From positions 1 through 58,140 of the IMG/VR virus record IMGVR_UViG_3300009103_000036: DNA of 58,140 nt; one strand, 5' to 3'. The notes beneath the pieces are model-generated. The model saw nothing but the letters and a program-made list of their open reading frames with translations, had not been told where the DNA came from and did not search any database. Positions 1 through 11,000 of this stretch are shown here, piece after piece (positions within the stretch are counted from its first letter, which is position 1; each line of letters starts with the position of its first letter). Source of the DNA: a virus. Lineage: Duplodnaviria > Caudoviricetes. The position numbers and the translations under genes were made by a program.

Positions 1-2315
1 GTGATCGCCATCTGTGCCCTTCCCTCAGCAAGTGCCTTCATTGTTGCAGACGATGTTGCCATTGAGGCGGCTGTTGCGCCCATTGAAGCAGTAACATACC
101 TTTGAATAACTGAAGCAATTAAAAGGCGCACCATTCCTGCAAGCATTCCCTGTAAAATTGGAATTCCAAAGAAATAGATGGCCAGCTTACCCCAATGCTC
201 TTTAAGCAGCTCGACAATCTTTGCAGAAATTTTCTCCCAAAGGGCACCCATCAGATTCATAAACGCATCTGCCATTGGAACCAAACCATCCATCAAGCCT
301 TGCTGCATTCTAGCAAGCCCCTCAGCAAATGGGCCTGCGCCCTCTGGAATTCCAATCTGAGTATCTCCTCGAAGCGCCCCTGCCATTGCGTTAAAGAATC
401 CCGCAAACATCTTTCCGATATTCTCTAAGGCAGATGCTATGATAAAACTCAGAGCGTTAAAAAACTTTCCAAGGCCATCTTTAAACTTACTTGCTGTGGA
501 TGGGCCAAAGAAATCAGTGAATGCCTTTTTAAGATTTTCAATTAAGACGGGAATCGCACGCTCAGGATCTGTGGAAAGCATCTTGAAGAAATCTCCAAAA
601 ACCCCCTCGATCTGTTTAAAGAGTGCCCGAGCCTTGGTGGGATTAAAGATCTCACCTAGCGCCTCAGCCATCTCTTTTACACCTGGAAAATAGTCAATGA
701 AGAGCTTGCCCACACGCTCACCTGACAGATAAAGCTCATTCATGGTTTTATCAATATCCAAGAAGGTGCTACTCATTGCCTTAACAGCACCCAACCTAAA
801 ACCCTTCATAAAGGTGGCCATGGCGCCCTGGCCGTCGACTAGTGTCTCAACAACCTTCTCCATCATCTTGGCCATTCGATCCATAGAATTGACCATTTTC
901 TCTTGTGGACTGAGCATCTTCTTGGTGGCATTTTTAATCTGATCCATGGTTTTTCCACGATTCTTCATAGAAAAGGCTAGTCGAGCTTCTTCAGCAGAGA
1001 GACCTGTATTTGCTGAGAGATGTCGAAGCTCAGCTGTGGTCATAGTATCAGCAGATTTCCCTGCAGCAAAGAAAGCTCTTCGAAGCTCTTCTAATGCCAT
1101 GATCGGGTCCTTATTAGCTGCCTTCATCATCTTCATAGCATCAATACTAACACCAAAAGCCTGTCCTAGCTTAGCAGCTGATGTGGCTGCATCCTCAAAG
1201 TTTAGATATTTATCAACAATTCCGCCTAACGATTTCACTTCAAGACCCAAAGATCGCAATCTTGCCACCGCCTCAGATGCCATCTTGGCTGTGATATTTC
1301 CGAAGTGACTTACATCGTTAACCATCTCGGCCATTCCCTTGGCGACCAGCTTAGCAGCGATGCCGATGCTATCCTCAATCTGGAGTGCGTAGGCCATAAA
1401 CTCATCGCCCACCTGTTTAAAGGTCTTTCCGGTGGCCAGGGTGATGTTAGCCAGCCCCTTCTGTTGTTCATAGGTCACACCAAAAGCCTTGTTTAGAAGA
1501 AACGAGGTATTGGCAACCTGTCGCATATTCTGGCCTGATAGATTTAGAGCGTCAACAAACTGCCCCAACCCCTGGGTCATCTCAAGTAATGCATTCTGTA
1601 GATCTGCAGACATGAACGCGAATAGATTCGCACCAGTCTCCCCTGCCATATCCTGCATTCCCTTCATCATCTGTGTGGCTGCAGCACCAGTGGCCCTTCC
1701 CAGATCACCTAATTCACCTCGCAATTTCTCTGTGGCTTGCATGATGGGCAGCAGGGCGTTAAACCACTCGTTTGCGGTCTTAATTAAACCGTTTAAAAAA
1801 TCAAGAGGAAATTTAACAATTGCTATTGCAAGATCAGTGATTGATGATATCACCTTTTTAACAAACTGGCCAAAAAGTTGAAGAGGTGCAAGAACCATCT
1901 TAAAACCCTTTGCGAATCCTGAGAGAAATCCTGTCCAAAAAGCAGCTTGCTTTGGTTTTTTATCAGACCAGGATTTAATAGAGTGTTTAACAAGCTCACT
2001 CATTGACTTTACCTGACCCAGCTTCTTGCTTAAAGCGGGAAGATTATTCGCCATCTTTTTGGTGCTATTTTGTCCTTCCTCTCCTGCTTTTTTTGCACTT
2101 TCAGTAACACCCTCAAAAGCATCGGCAAGCTTATTAACCTTTTCAACAGTGGAATCATAATCACAGTCCATCGCCTTGCACAACTCAATTTGCAAGGCTA
2201 ACTGCCTAGAAATTTTCTTCGTCCTATTCTGCAGAATCTGATTACCTGCAGCAAGAGACTTATTTAAGGCTTGACTGACCTTTAATTGGCCCGCAATATC
2301 ATCCTTAGAAGCCAT
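1..2315 (-). CDS. Tape measure protein (5' part; runs off the left edge; absent from the ORF track)
   Basis: ATG at 2315 with SD-like AGGTGG upstream; translates MASKDDIAGQLKVSQALNKSLAAGNQ...; helical Ala/Lys/Gly-rich with hydrophobic stretches; classical position after tube and assembly genes; no stop seen in the parts I translated. Confidence 0.8.
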   Translation of the reverse strand, partial: MASKDDIAGQLKVSQALNKSLAAGNQILQNRTKKISRQLALQIELCKAMDCDYDSTVEKVNKLADAFEGVTESAKKAGEEGQNSTKKMANNLPALSKKLGQVKSMSELVKHSIKSWSDKKPKQAAFWTGFLSGFAKGFKMVLAPLQLFGQFVKKVISSITDLAIAIVKFPLDFLNGLIKTANEWFNALLPIMQATEKLRGELGDLGRATGAAATQMMKGMQDMAGETGANLFAFMSADLQNALLEMTQGLGQFVDALNLSGQNMRQVANTSFLLNKAFGVTYEQQKGLANITLATGKTFKQVGDEFMAYALQIEDSIGIAAKLVAKGMAEMVNDVSHFGNITAKMASEAVARLRSLGLEVKSLGGIVDKYLNFEDAATSAAKLGQAFGVSIDAMKMMKAANKDPIMALEELRRAFFAAGKSADTMTTAELRHLSANTGLSAEEARLAFSMKNRGKTMDQIKNATKKMLSPQEKMVNSMDRMAKMMEKVVETLVDGQGAMATFMKGFRLGAVKAMSSTFLDIDKTMNELYLSGERVGKLFIDYFPGVKEMAEALGEIFNPTKARALFKQIEGVFGDFFKMLSTDPERAIPVLIENLKKAFTDFFGPSTASKFKDGLGKFFNALSFIIASALENIGKMFAGFFNAMAGALRGDTQIGIPEGAGPFAEGLARMQQGLMDGLVPMADAFMNLMGALWEKISAKIVELLKEHWGKLAIYFFGIPILQGMLAGMVRLLIASVIQRYVTASMGATAASMATSSATMKALAEGRAQMAI

Positions 2316-2346
2316 CTAAACCCACCTGATGCGTTAACTGTATAGT

Positions 2347-2354
2347 TAAATATC
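2347..2354 (-). promoter_or_regulatory. Candidate late promoter GATATTTA upstream of tape measure gene
   Basis: Same octamer recurs in intergenic gaps upstream of several structural genes. Confidence 0.55.
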
Positions 2355-2386
2355 ACACAGTTAAAAAGCACCCAGCCTTTTAATAT

Positions 2387-2659
2387 CTAGAAAGGCCAGT
2401 CAATACCTAGCTTTGCCTCAAATTCTTGTGCAAGGCGATTCTTATTTTTATGCATCTTCATCACGGAGCCCAAAGACGCTCCAGTTCTATTCAGCTCATC
2501 ATAAAACTGCTTAGTTGCTATCAGAACATCTTTAAGTGAAGAAACCTTTTCTCCTGACCCGGTAATCTTTACACCAGACTCTAGACCCATGATAGTCGCA
2601 GCAATTGCTGATAACAATTTTTCTTCTAGGTTTCCCACTGTATCGATATCTTGCTCCAT
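2387..2659 (-). CDS. Hypothetical 90-aa protein in tail assembly region
   Basis: ORF with SD AGGAG and upstream GATATTTA; lies between gp51-like ORF and tape measure gene. Confidence 0.75.
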   Translation of the reverse strand: MEQDIDTVGNLEEKLLSAIAATIMGLESGVKITGSGEKVSSLKDVLIATKQFYDELNRTGASLGSVMKMHKNKNRLAQEFEAKLGIDWPF

Positions 2660-2677
2660 GATGCGCTCCTATAAGAT

Positions 2678-2685
2678 TAAATATC
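2678..2685 (-). promoter_or_regulatory. Candidate late promoter GATATTTA
   Basis: Recurrent intergenic octamer, here in the 31-bp gap before the 90-aa gene. Confidence 0.55.
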
Positions 2686-2690
2686 TCTCT

Positions 2691-2954
2691 TTAGGTAAAC
2701 CTTCTAAGCTTAGAGGGAACATTTGCTCGTGCCCTTCCCTGTAACGACCTCACATCAGGAGTGTTGTGGTGCGCTGCCCTAGAGGCACCGTCACCCTTCT
2801 CATTAGACTTTTGTATTTCTTGCCCAATCCTATTAATGAACCAAATACGATACGTGATGGGTATATTGTACACCTCTGAGTAGCTGAACCCACCGTAATA
2901 TGTCAATAAAAAGATGTGTTCAAGTATTGTTTCACGATACTCAGATGTCAGGCC
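2691..2954 (-). CDS. T4 gp51-like baseplate hub/tail assembly ORF, probably reached by frameshift from the upstream gene
   Basis: GLTSEYRETILEHIFLLTYYGGFSYSEVYNIPITYRIWFI resembles gp51/TAC-GT 'F-S-x-x-E-x-x-x-[MI]-P-x-x-x-R' pattern; frame open from the T7 run; TTG start at 2906 has no SD. Confidence 0.65.
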   Translation of the reverse strand, partial: GLTSEYRETILEHIFLLTYYGGFSYSEVYNIPITYRIWFINRIGQEIQKSNEKGDGASRAAHHNTPDVRSLQGRARANVPSKLRRFT

Positions 2955-3789
2955 AAAAAAACGAGGCCCCTAAGGGCATCGACATGTGAGTCGCCTCCCC
3001 GCAAGCTGCGCAGTCAAACCAGGCCTTCATATCTACACCTGGTTCATTATCGTCTATGAACTTACGCAATGCTCTAGAGTCACGAGCAGGCATGTTCCTC
3101 ACGAAGGAAGCGATCTTATTACGATCGGTAACACCGTTAATATCAACAATGCTATAAAGAAGCTTGGAAGTTACCAAATTATCGCTTTGGTTCCCTAGCT
3201 TTCGGCGTCGCTCAGATTGAGTATTAATCTCTTCCTCATCGGCGCCTGTCAAAAATCTAAAGTTAACAACCTTTTTAGTAAAAGGAAGTGTAAAAGAAAA
3301 TAAATTCTTACCTGACTCAGCTGGAGGAATTGTCAAACGACTAATTGGAAGGTCTGAAAGATTGAATTCAAACTTTGTCTTTGTTGCACAGGAAGGACAT
3401 TCGACTTCTGTTGTATAATCGCTGCCATATCCGGTAATTCTTAATGCAACCATTACAGCATTTCGATCTCCAGATAACATTTCTTTGACATTGACTGATT
3501 TATCTGTTAGGCAAGATTCGATTAACTTGGTAATTACTGTTCCCTTTTTAATCAAGGCTCTCGATGTCAGAATATCCTCTTCTCTTGCAGTCATTGGACG
3601 AATATCCAGGGTCTCTTTAGCGTAAAGTGGACTGTCAGGGGGATATACAGAACCCAAAGAAGGAAGTGGGACTGATTCTGTTGGAATATCTAAACCAAAG
3701 TCATCCTTCATTACATTTCTAGGCTGAGCAGCACCGGGTAAACCGGGCCCTCCTCCAAATATATCATTTTCTGTTCTTTTCTTAGCCAA
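2941..3789 (-). CDS. T4 gp26-like baseplate hub assembly/tail chaperone protein
   Basis: LPSLG..Y, IRPMTAREEDIL, GDRNA...LRITGYG, CPSC and CAAC motifs, FFWP C-terminus; start reassigned to TTG at 3789 because of GAGGAG 7 nt upstream. Confidence 0.8.
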   Translation of the reverse strand: MAKKRTENDIFGGGPGLPGAAQPRNVMKDDFGLDIPTESVPLPSLGSVYPPDSPLYAKETLDIRPMTAREEDILTSRALIKKGTVITKLIESCLTDKSVNVKEMLSGDRNAVMVALRITGYGSDYTTEVECPSCATKTKFEFNLSDLPISRLTIPPAESGKNLFSFTLPFTKKVVNFRFLTGADEEEINTQSERRRKLGNQSDNLVTSKLLYSIVDINGVTDRNKIASFVRNMPARDSRALRKFIDDNEPGVDMKAWFDCAACGEATHMSMPLGASFFWPDI

Positions 3790-3839
3790 TTTTAAACTCC
3801 TCACACATTATTTGTCAGCTCTTATTAGACTGTGTATTA

Positions 3840-4235
3840 TTATACTCTACTAAAGATCAAGCTTTGTAAAACTCTGTCTTGATCTTGCTCAATCTTATTT
3901 TCGATACAATCAATGCAAAAGGTTGATCCATCAATATCATCTTTTTCGTGTTGCGCAATGACTGATTTAATCATTGCGTTAATTGTCTCTCGATCAGTCA
4001 GTCCATACGGATTTATGTCATAACATACCTCAGTAATTGTATTCTTTAACATATCGATAGAATCATGGACAGCTCTTAAATTTCCTCTTTTTCCGCATCC
4101 AATGCATTGAAATCCCGACTCTAAGAGTTTAGGAACTTCCCATTGTAAATATAAGAGGTCTTTTTCAAGGATTTCTTTTAAAACTTTATCTATGATCTCA
4201 GTAGAGATCGGCTTCCTTCGCTTCCAAATCGACAT
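3840..4235 (-). CDS. Hypothetical protein with two CxxC pairs (CIGC, CIDC), possible zinc binder
   Basis: 131-aa ORF immediately after the tail-tube terminator. Confidence 0.65.
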   Translation of the reverse strand: MSIWKRRKPISTEIIDKVLKEILEKDLLYLQWEVPKLLESGFQCIGCGKRGNLRAVHDSIDMLKNTITEVCYDINPYGLTDRETINAMIKSVIAQHEKDDIDGSTFCIDCIENKIEQDQDRVLQSLIFSRV

Positions 4236-4288
4236 GCATCATTCCGAGTCGTGATATTATTATTTATCCCTTAGCGAAAAATTAAGAT

Positions 4289-4319
4289 AAAAAAAAGCCC
4301 CTCTATGAAAGAGGGACTT
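4289..4319 (-). terminator. Rho-independent terminator after tail tube gene
   Basis: Minus strand AGTCCCTCT-TTCAT-AGAGGGGCT followed by a T run. Confidence 0.85.
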
Positions 4320-4346
4320 AATTCTTTTATTACTATGTCTAAAATT

Positions 4347-4835
4347 TTAGTACTGAAGAACAGCGTTGTCAAAGCGAAGTGTGAGAGAAATCTCAACCAT
4401 GTCGCTTCCATCGTAAGTCAGGTCATTAAAGTTTGCTTCGGTAATGAATGCTCCCTTAACATCCCAAAGCTCAACAACCGTTCCAACAGGATCAAGCAAC
4501 TTGATCTGAACATCTCGCTTATAGAAATCAGCATAACCAGCACGTCCTGACACAGATTCAAAGTGGGTACGTACCCATTCCATCACCTGTTGGGCGCCTG
4601 ATGGGGCGATTGGATCGTGCAGAGTCACTGACATCGTTCCGAATGTTGTCTTACCCGCAACATAACGGTGATGGTTGATCCACGGAATCGTGATCTCCTC
4701 AGTTGTGAATGTCGGACGTGCTGCCGTCTTCATTAAAAATGCGTCAACCCCCTCAATCATTAAGATCCACCGAAATTTTCTTTTCGGCTCAAACTTATTA
4801 GGGAGCATGTCGGTAACAGAGAGTGTTTCAGCCAT
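4347..4835 (-). CDS. gp19: Tail tube protein (T4 gp19 family)
   Basis: FEPKRKFRW, RP.F, YVAGK, DPIAPSGAQQVMEW, YKRDV, GAF, LTLRFD; directly follows sheath genes; SD TAGGAG. Confidence 0.92.
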   Translation of the reverse strand: MAETLSVTDMLPNKFEPKRKFRWILMIEGVDAFLMKTAARPTFTTEEITIPWINHHRYVAGKTTFGTMSVTLHDPIAPSGAQQVMEWVRTHFESVSGRAGYADFYKRDVQIKLLDPVGTVVELWDVKGAFITEANFNDLTYDGSDMVEISLTLRFDNAVLQY

Positions 4836-4906
4836 TTTTGGATTCTCCTAAATTATCTCGTCTTTTTTAATTATCTACCAGTTATAGAATCTACTGGACG
4901 GAAATC

Positions 4907-7900
4907 TTAAATTTCCGCTCCAGCATTTGTTACCACGAAGTCAAGCGAGATAAACTCGATGGTCCGGGTAGGTTGCAAGAAGATCTTTCCTCTCACAGTG
5001 TTATTTTCAACGTCAGCCTGTGTGGTTGTTGTTGAATCAATTACGACCTTGAATCTCTGCAGACCACTCTGATCTTGAACTCTCTGCAGAATTGGTTGAA
5101 CTAAACCGCTGAACTTAGAAAGTGTTGATTCACGATTTGGCTCGAATAGAATCTGATTTGACACAAGACGAACTTGACGTCTAATCTCAATCAATAGTCT
5201 TCTCACATTTACCCTGTCAAGAGAGCTCTGCGCTGCAAGTAGGGTCTTTTGACCCCAAACCACAACACCATCGCTTCCTGGAAAAGCTGTTAGAGGATTG
5301 ATATCAGCCTCGTAGAGAGTGTCCAGATTGTTTCTGGATAGATTCACCGATGCTTCTAAGGTAGATGCCAAGGCACCTCTTGTGAAGCCCGCAGGAGCAA
5401 ACCAGGGATGCGCAACCGAGTCATTTAAAGAAAACGCCCCAAGAACTGCCACAGAAGGTGGACATCTCACGTTACTTCCCAAGAAGGGATCTGGAATTGT
5501 CACGTCTGGGAAGTATGCGGAAGCGAAAGAAGTATCTAAGCCTCGATCCTTCAGCCTGTTCGCTGTATAATTTACACCAATCTTTTGATCTGCTGACGAT
5601 GTTACGACGTTATTCGCTGTATCCCTCTCTTCAATATCCATGATGTATAATGCATCAAATCGATCTTCAACCATATTGATAGCATAGTCAGTTACAGACT
5701 CATGTCGAATTCCAGGAATTGCCAAGAGCTTAATGTCAGCATCTGACTTGTCTTCAAGAATGTCAAGGGCCTTTCTATATGCCGCAACTGTGGGACCGCT
5801 AGTCTCACCTTGACCAGATTCACCCATCTCTCGAATTGCAGCAGAGTCAAGCATCCTTGACTTAGCCTTGTTAAAGATGTTAACACCATCAAAGCCTCCC
5901 TGCAAGAAGAAGGAGAACTTAGCGTACTTGCGAACCGTAAGATCACCGAAGTCCTTATCAACGGAAAGTGCTCGAGTCTTATTCGATTCATTTGGAGTGA
6001 TTCCTCCACCTCTTGCGTAAGAAGCAGTCAACCATTCCTTGGGATCGGCAATTCCATCTGATCCAGTTCTTACCTTAATGTTCTCAAGGGTGAACATGTT
6101 ATTGTTAAATCTATCTGCATCCAGAATTCCCTTGGTCGCTGAATCTGCAACTCCTGGATTATCCCCTACCCAAGCATTCTGCCATGAGGTGTGGAAATCT
6201 GGAAAATATTTCGAATGTCCTAGAATTGAATTATCAAAGACCACAGACTTGTTAGGTTCATTAACATCAGTCTGACGCATGAACTGTACACCCCAATAAA
6301 AAGATGAATTTACCACCTCTTTGGGATCTTCTCCAGTCTTGATGTGCAACCTCATCGGAACGGGCGGTTGAACTGCTCGTGTAAGAACATCCTTGTGATG
6401 ATAACTTCCTGAAGCTGTTAGTGTTGTTAAAGCACTTGTTCCAGAGGTTACCAGGTGTCGAACTCCTCGGAATCCAACGGGAAGCGCTGTCTCAGCAATC
6501 TCTCCATCATCAACTAGGTCTGACATCTCAACACGAATGTATTGTGATTTATTAGGGTGAATTCCGTCAACTACAATCTTCTGGGATCCAATCGCATGCT
6601 CAAAGTCAAAGTAAGTATTCACATCACCGATCATTCTAGCAATATAACGCTCTGACGAAGGATCAAGTGACAGACCTCGATATTGCTCTAATATTATCTT
6701 TTCACTATCAGAATCATAAAGGTCTCTAACTAAGAGGTCAAATCTTCCATAATCCGATGAATCAGAGGTAGACTTGGCAACGTTTGCAACGGAGATCTTA
6801 AACTTATCATTGGCATATGCACCGTCTGAGAGCGCGTGCACCCTAAATAGATTCTTTGCATTCCCACCAAATCTCTGAGAAATTACCCAAGGAGATCTTG
6901 CGTGCCCGTATCTCGTCTCAAAGTTCTCAAAGTTTGGAACGTCAGCTGCACCCTCATTTCTTGGCTTTGAACCTGTTGTGAGGAATGCAAGATCAGCAAA
7001 TTGTGCTCGCTCGCCAGCTGTAGCGACATAACGCTGCATAACGCCTAGACGTGTGAACCCTCCCGTTCCTGAGAGTATAACCGTTCCTGTAACAACGGCC
7101 ATCGCTGGATGGATATCATAGTTGGCGTAAAGATAATGTCCTGCCTCTTCAATCTTGAGAGGATCAGTGTTGAACACATTTGCATAATGATTAGCTGCGT
7201 CAACATCAAAAGAAGCTGTAATAACATTGGGATATTGACCTGTATTGACATGTCCGTTAATCAGCATTACAAATTCTTGCTTTGCATTGGCAATATTAAC
7301 TGACCCTGTTATATGGCCTCTAGGTCCTGCTGTTGTTGCTGCAACTCCCGCCTTGGGCATCTGTGACAGACCAACATTATGCCCAGAAAGCATCAAGGTC
7401 ACCTCATCAGGCGCCATCAAGACCCCTCTAATGATTGGATGAGCTCTCGAGTATATTCCCTGATGTTTTGCCTTCTGTGCTGATGTTCCGTTATTGTCCT
7501 GTCCAGCTGTTGCGATACCTGCGTCGGTAAAGACTGTCGATCCAGCTGACTGTGACATAAAGCAGCCTAAGAAGTACGTTCTACCACCAATAGCCGATGA
7601 AAGGGTATAAGGGTTCGCAGCCAACTTTCCGTTTGCTTGAACCTGCTCAGAACCTACAACAAATCCTGCATAGGTCACCTTACCGGTATTGTTTCCCGAT
7701 GTTGTCTTTTTCTTTCCATCGCCCGCGCCAAGAACGCGCATATAAACAACGGATTGAGCATTTCTTAACCACTCAACAACGGCTAATGGTCCAAACTTTT
7801 CACCATCTGTCTCACCAAATTTAGCTACAAAATCAGCTAATCTAGCCATCTCAACAGGTACAAATGCTGGGCCGCGAAGTGCGGTCCCAATAATACCCGC

Positions 7901-7990
7901 AGGGGTGCCAGAGGGAGAAATCCCCGTGGGTCCCGAGAGATCAATTTCTCTAGCGCTAACGCCAGCACTTTTGAATGTTAATTCAGGCAT
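4907..7990 (-). CDS. gp18: Tail sheath protein, paralogue 2 (gp18 family, 1027 aa)
   Basis: SAGVSAREIDLS, GPAFVP, PWFAPAGFTRG, INP, WGQKTL, DRVNVRRL, FEPN, PTRTIEFI. Confidence 0.93.
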   Translation of the reverse strand: MPELTFKSAGVSAREIDLSGPTGISPSGTPAGIIGTALRGPAFVPVEMARLADFVAKFGETDGEKFGPLAVVEWLRNAQSVVYMRVLGAGDGKKKTTSGNNTGKVTYAGFVVGSEQVQANGKLAANPYTLSSAIGGRTYFLGCFMSQSAGSTVFTDAGIATAGQDNNGTSAQKAKHQGIYSRAHPIIRGVLMAPDEVTLMLSGHNVGLSQMPKAGVAATTAGPRGHITGSVNIANAKQEFVMLINGHVNTGQYPNVITASFDVDAANHYANVFNTDPLKIEEAGHYLYANYDIHPAMAVVTGTVILSGTGGFTRLGVMQRYVATAGERAQFADLAFLTTGSKPRNEGAADVPNFENFETRYGHARSPWVISQRFGGNAKNLFRVHALSDGAYANDKFKISVANVAKSTSDSSDYGRFDLLVRDLYDSDSEKIILEQYRGLSLDPSSERYIARMIGDVNTYFDFEHAIGSQKIVVDGIHPNKSQYIRVEMSDLVDDGEIAETALPVGFRGVRHLVTSGTSALTTLTASGSYHHKDVLTRAVQPPVPMRLHIKTGEDPKEVVNSSFYWGVQFMRQTDVNEPNKSVVFDNSILGHSKYFPDFHTSWQNAWVGDNPGVADSATKGILDADRFNNNMFTLENIKVRTGSDGIADPKEWLTASYARGGGITPNESNKTRALSVDKDFGDLTVRKYAKFSFFLQGGFDGVNIFNKAKSRMLDSAAIREMGESGQGETSGPTVAAYRKALDILEDKSDADIKLLAIPGIRHESVTDYAINMVEDRFDALYIMDIEERDTANNVVTSSADQKIGVNYTANRLKDRGLDTSFASAYFPDVTIPDPFLGSNVRCPPSVAVLGAFSLNDSVAHPWFAPAGFTRGALASTLEASVNLSRNNLDTLYEADINPLTAFPGSDGVVVWGQKTLLAAQSSLDRVNVRRLLIEIRRQVRLVSNQILFEPNRESTLSKFSGLVQPILQRVQDQSGLQRFKVVIDSTTTTQADVENNTVRGKIFLQPTRTIEFISLDFVVTNAGAEI

Positions 7991-8026
7991 CAGTTATTTC
8001 TCCTAAATCTCCTAGATACATATTCA

Positions 8027-11000
8027 TCACACAAAGCTTGCACCCGTTCTATCAATTATAAAGTCGATTGCAATAAATTCAATTGTTCTGGTCGGAACCA
8101 CCACAATTCGTCCGTTCATCTTAAGCGCATCAACATCCTCAGCTGTATTATTTGTATCATCACAGATCACCTGGAATTTTTCAATTCCTGCCTGTGCCTG
8201 AACTAGAGCAAGGAGTGGTGCAACTTGACCTACAAATGCTGCTCGTGTTGCTGAAGTATTTTGTTCAAAGACGAATCTCTTTGCAACATTGATCACTAGG
8301 CGTTTAAGCTCTAGCATTAATCTCCGAACATTGACGCGATCCAATGCGGACTGAGTCTGTTGAAGCGTTTTTTGACCAAAAATCACATATCCGCTTCGGG
8401 GGAACGTTGCGATTGGATTCATTCTTGCATCGTATAGGGTATCTCTATCGTCTGTGTTCAATCGAACATCGACGTTGGATACCATCTCTAGAGCACCTCG
8501 ATTAAATCCTGCAGGCGCAAACCACGGATATGAAACTTTGTCATTAAACGCAAGCGCTGCAATCGCCGGAATAGACGGCGGAACTTTGACCTTCTTATTG
8601 TTGATAGGATCATCAATCCAAACATCAGGGAAGTACGTTGAGACATAATTGTTATCAATGGCGCGAGCCGCGAATTCCTCTGAAGTCTTTCTCACATTGG
8701 GTTTCGTCTTGTCATTGTCATAAAGACGGTTTCCATCCTCGTCATATTCAACTGGATCCATGACAAGAATTGACATGCCATTTTCTCTAACATTCTCTGC
8801 TGCATAATCAGTCACAAAAGTTGCTCGAATGCCAGGAATAGCAAGAATATTAACATTGACCATCATTTCATCTGTCATGATCTCAGATGCCTTTCTATAA
8901 GATGCTACTGAGTTATTCTGTTTTCCTGAACCTGCAACGTGAACTGCAGTTCCTGCTGTTCCAATTAATCCTGGTGACTTAGTTGCAGAAGCTGCTCCAC
9001 CATTTAAATCACTGGACGTAGCTTGATCGTTCATGTAGATATCATTCTTATCAAGCATGTTCACACCGTCAAATCCACCGTAGAAAAATGTACTGAACTT
9101 AGCATACTTGCTAAATCTATTAAAATAGACAGAAGACGTCGCTGCAACCAGAGTTGCCAAAGTCATTCTATTTCCCAGAACACCATCAGTTACTGTATAA
9201 TCTGTGGTGTTTGGTTCCGCATTTCTCACATATGCTGAATCTATCATATGTTCTTTAGCTGTTCCAGTAATATTGCTATTAATTGCAGCATCTACAGTCG
9301 TGGCAATCCTATTGGGTAACGCTACTCTTGCTAATGTAAATTTATTATTGTTAAACGCATCCATCGCAGAACCGGTCACAAGAGTATCAAGCTTTTCAAT
9401 ACCATTGAACTGAGCAAATGTCTTAATCAGAGGATTTGGGAGTGAGCCTGCGTTTGGATTTAATGCGGCCAATGAAACAGATCCTGTCTTTGGCATCCTC
9501 TCAAACTTCACACCCCAAAAAAATCTAGAATCAACCATTTCAGTTGAAGCAGACTTTCCTGAAAAGGAAGAATCATCTGCGGTATCTGGCATCGTTCCCT
9601 TAGTTACCTTAAATCTGAAAGGAACTGGAGGAACAATTGATCCTGTCAATGTTAGCAATCTAGCTTGAGACGCAGCAGTCGGGCTGTGTCCTCCCAAGCG
9701 ATTTGGCCCTGTCGATACCCACTTGTAGTCTGCGTGTACCCAGGCTGCTTTTGCTGTACCGTCTGTAAGCTTATCATTAGTCTTTAAAACGGGAATTCCT
9801 CTAAATCCAAAGGGCAGAGCGTCAGAAGGCACCTGCTTCTTATAAACGTCGTTGTTCATCACGACCCGCACATAATTTGATAAGTTTGGATACTTTCCAC
9901 TAACAACGACACGTCGATCATCCTCATCCTCTGCATCAAAGTTAAAGTATGCCTTATAATCACCAATCGCCTTGGCAATAAAACGATCACTATCAGGATT
10001 AAGATTTAAATCTTGATACTGCTCTAATGCCTGCATATCCGTGTCTGTATCATCAAATTTTCTAATTAAAACATTGAACTTGCCATATGGGTCAGCTTCA
10101 TTAGTTGATTTTCTAACATTATCAATCGATACCTTATATTGTGTATTCCCATAGGCGCCATCAGATAGTGTCTCAAAGTAAAATAAATCATTCTCAGCAT
10201 TGCCAAAAGGTTGTGAGATAAAATACGGTGTCCTCGGAGTGGTAAATCTTGTGTCAAATCTACCAAATGCATTTCTATGAATTCTTAATGTAGAATCTGA
10301 CTCCTTTGTCTTTTCAGAATAGTTAGCTGATCCTGATAACAAGCCCACTGTGCCTACAGCATCTGCTAAAACACCTGCCAGTTCATTCTCAACAGGATAA
10401 TCTGCAAAAAGATAGTGTTCTTCATCAATAAACTTCGTAGGATCTGTATTCAAAATTCTAGAAATATAATCATCATCATCAGGATTTAAGGACGCTGTTA
10501 AAACACGAACGCCTGCAACTGAATCGGTCGTAGCAAACCCTGAGCCCGAAGAGGAAGAGATTACTAACTTAAACTTTTCTTTTAAGTTTCTTGGGGCGGG
10601 AGATGCTCCACCGCCACCGATAACTGCAAGATCATCAACAGCTGTAGAAACCCAACCAGCTGCCTGAGCGGGTGTATCCTGATTCCAGTTTAGGATCCTC
10701 ATTGCAGTCCCACTAGGAACCATAATCACAGCACGTATAAGATTAATTGTGTCACCTGACGTCCAGTTTCCTGTACCAAAACTATCGTTATCAGTGAACA
10801 TCGGATTAGCAACAGCCTCTGAAGCTGAAAGGACATGTCTGGCAACAAGGAATTGAACGCCGCCAGAGTGTCGACCTCCTTCAAGTGCACCCATCGACGT
10901 GTCAGCCTTGCTTAAAACTCGAAAGCCTGCATTCTTGACTGTCCCCATGTTAATGGTGTTAGTCATGTCTGTGTCTGTATCATTTGCACCTGCACCAAGA

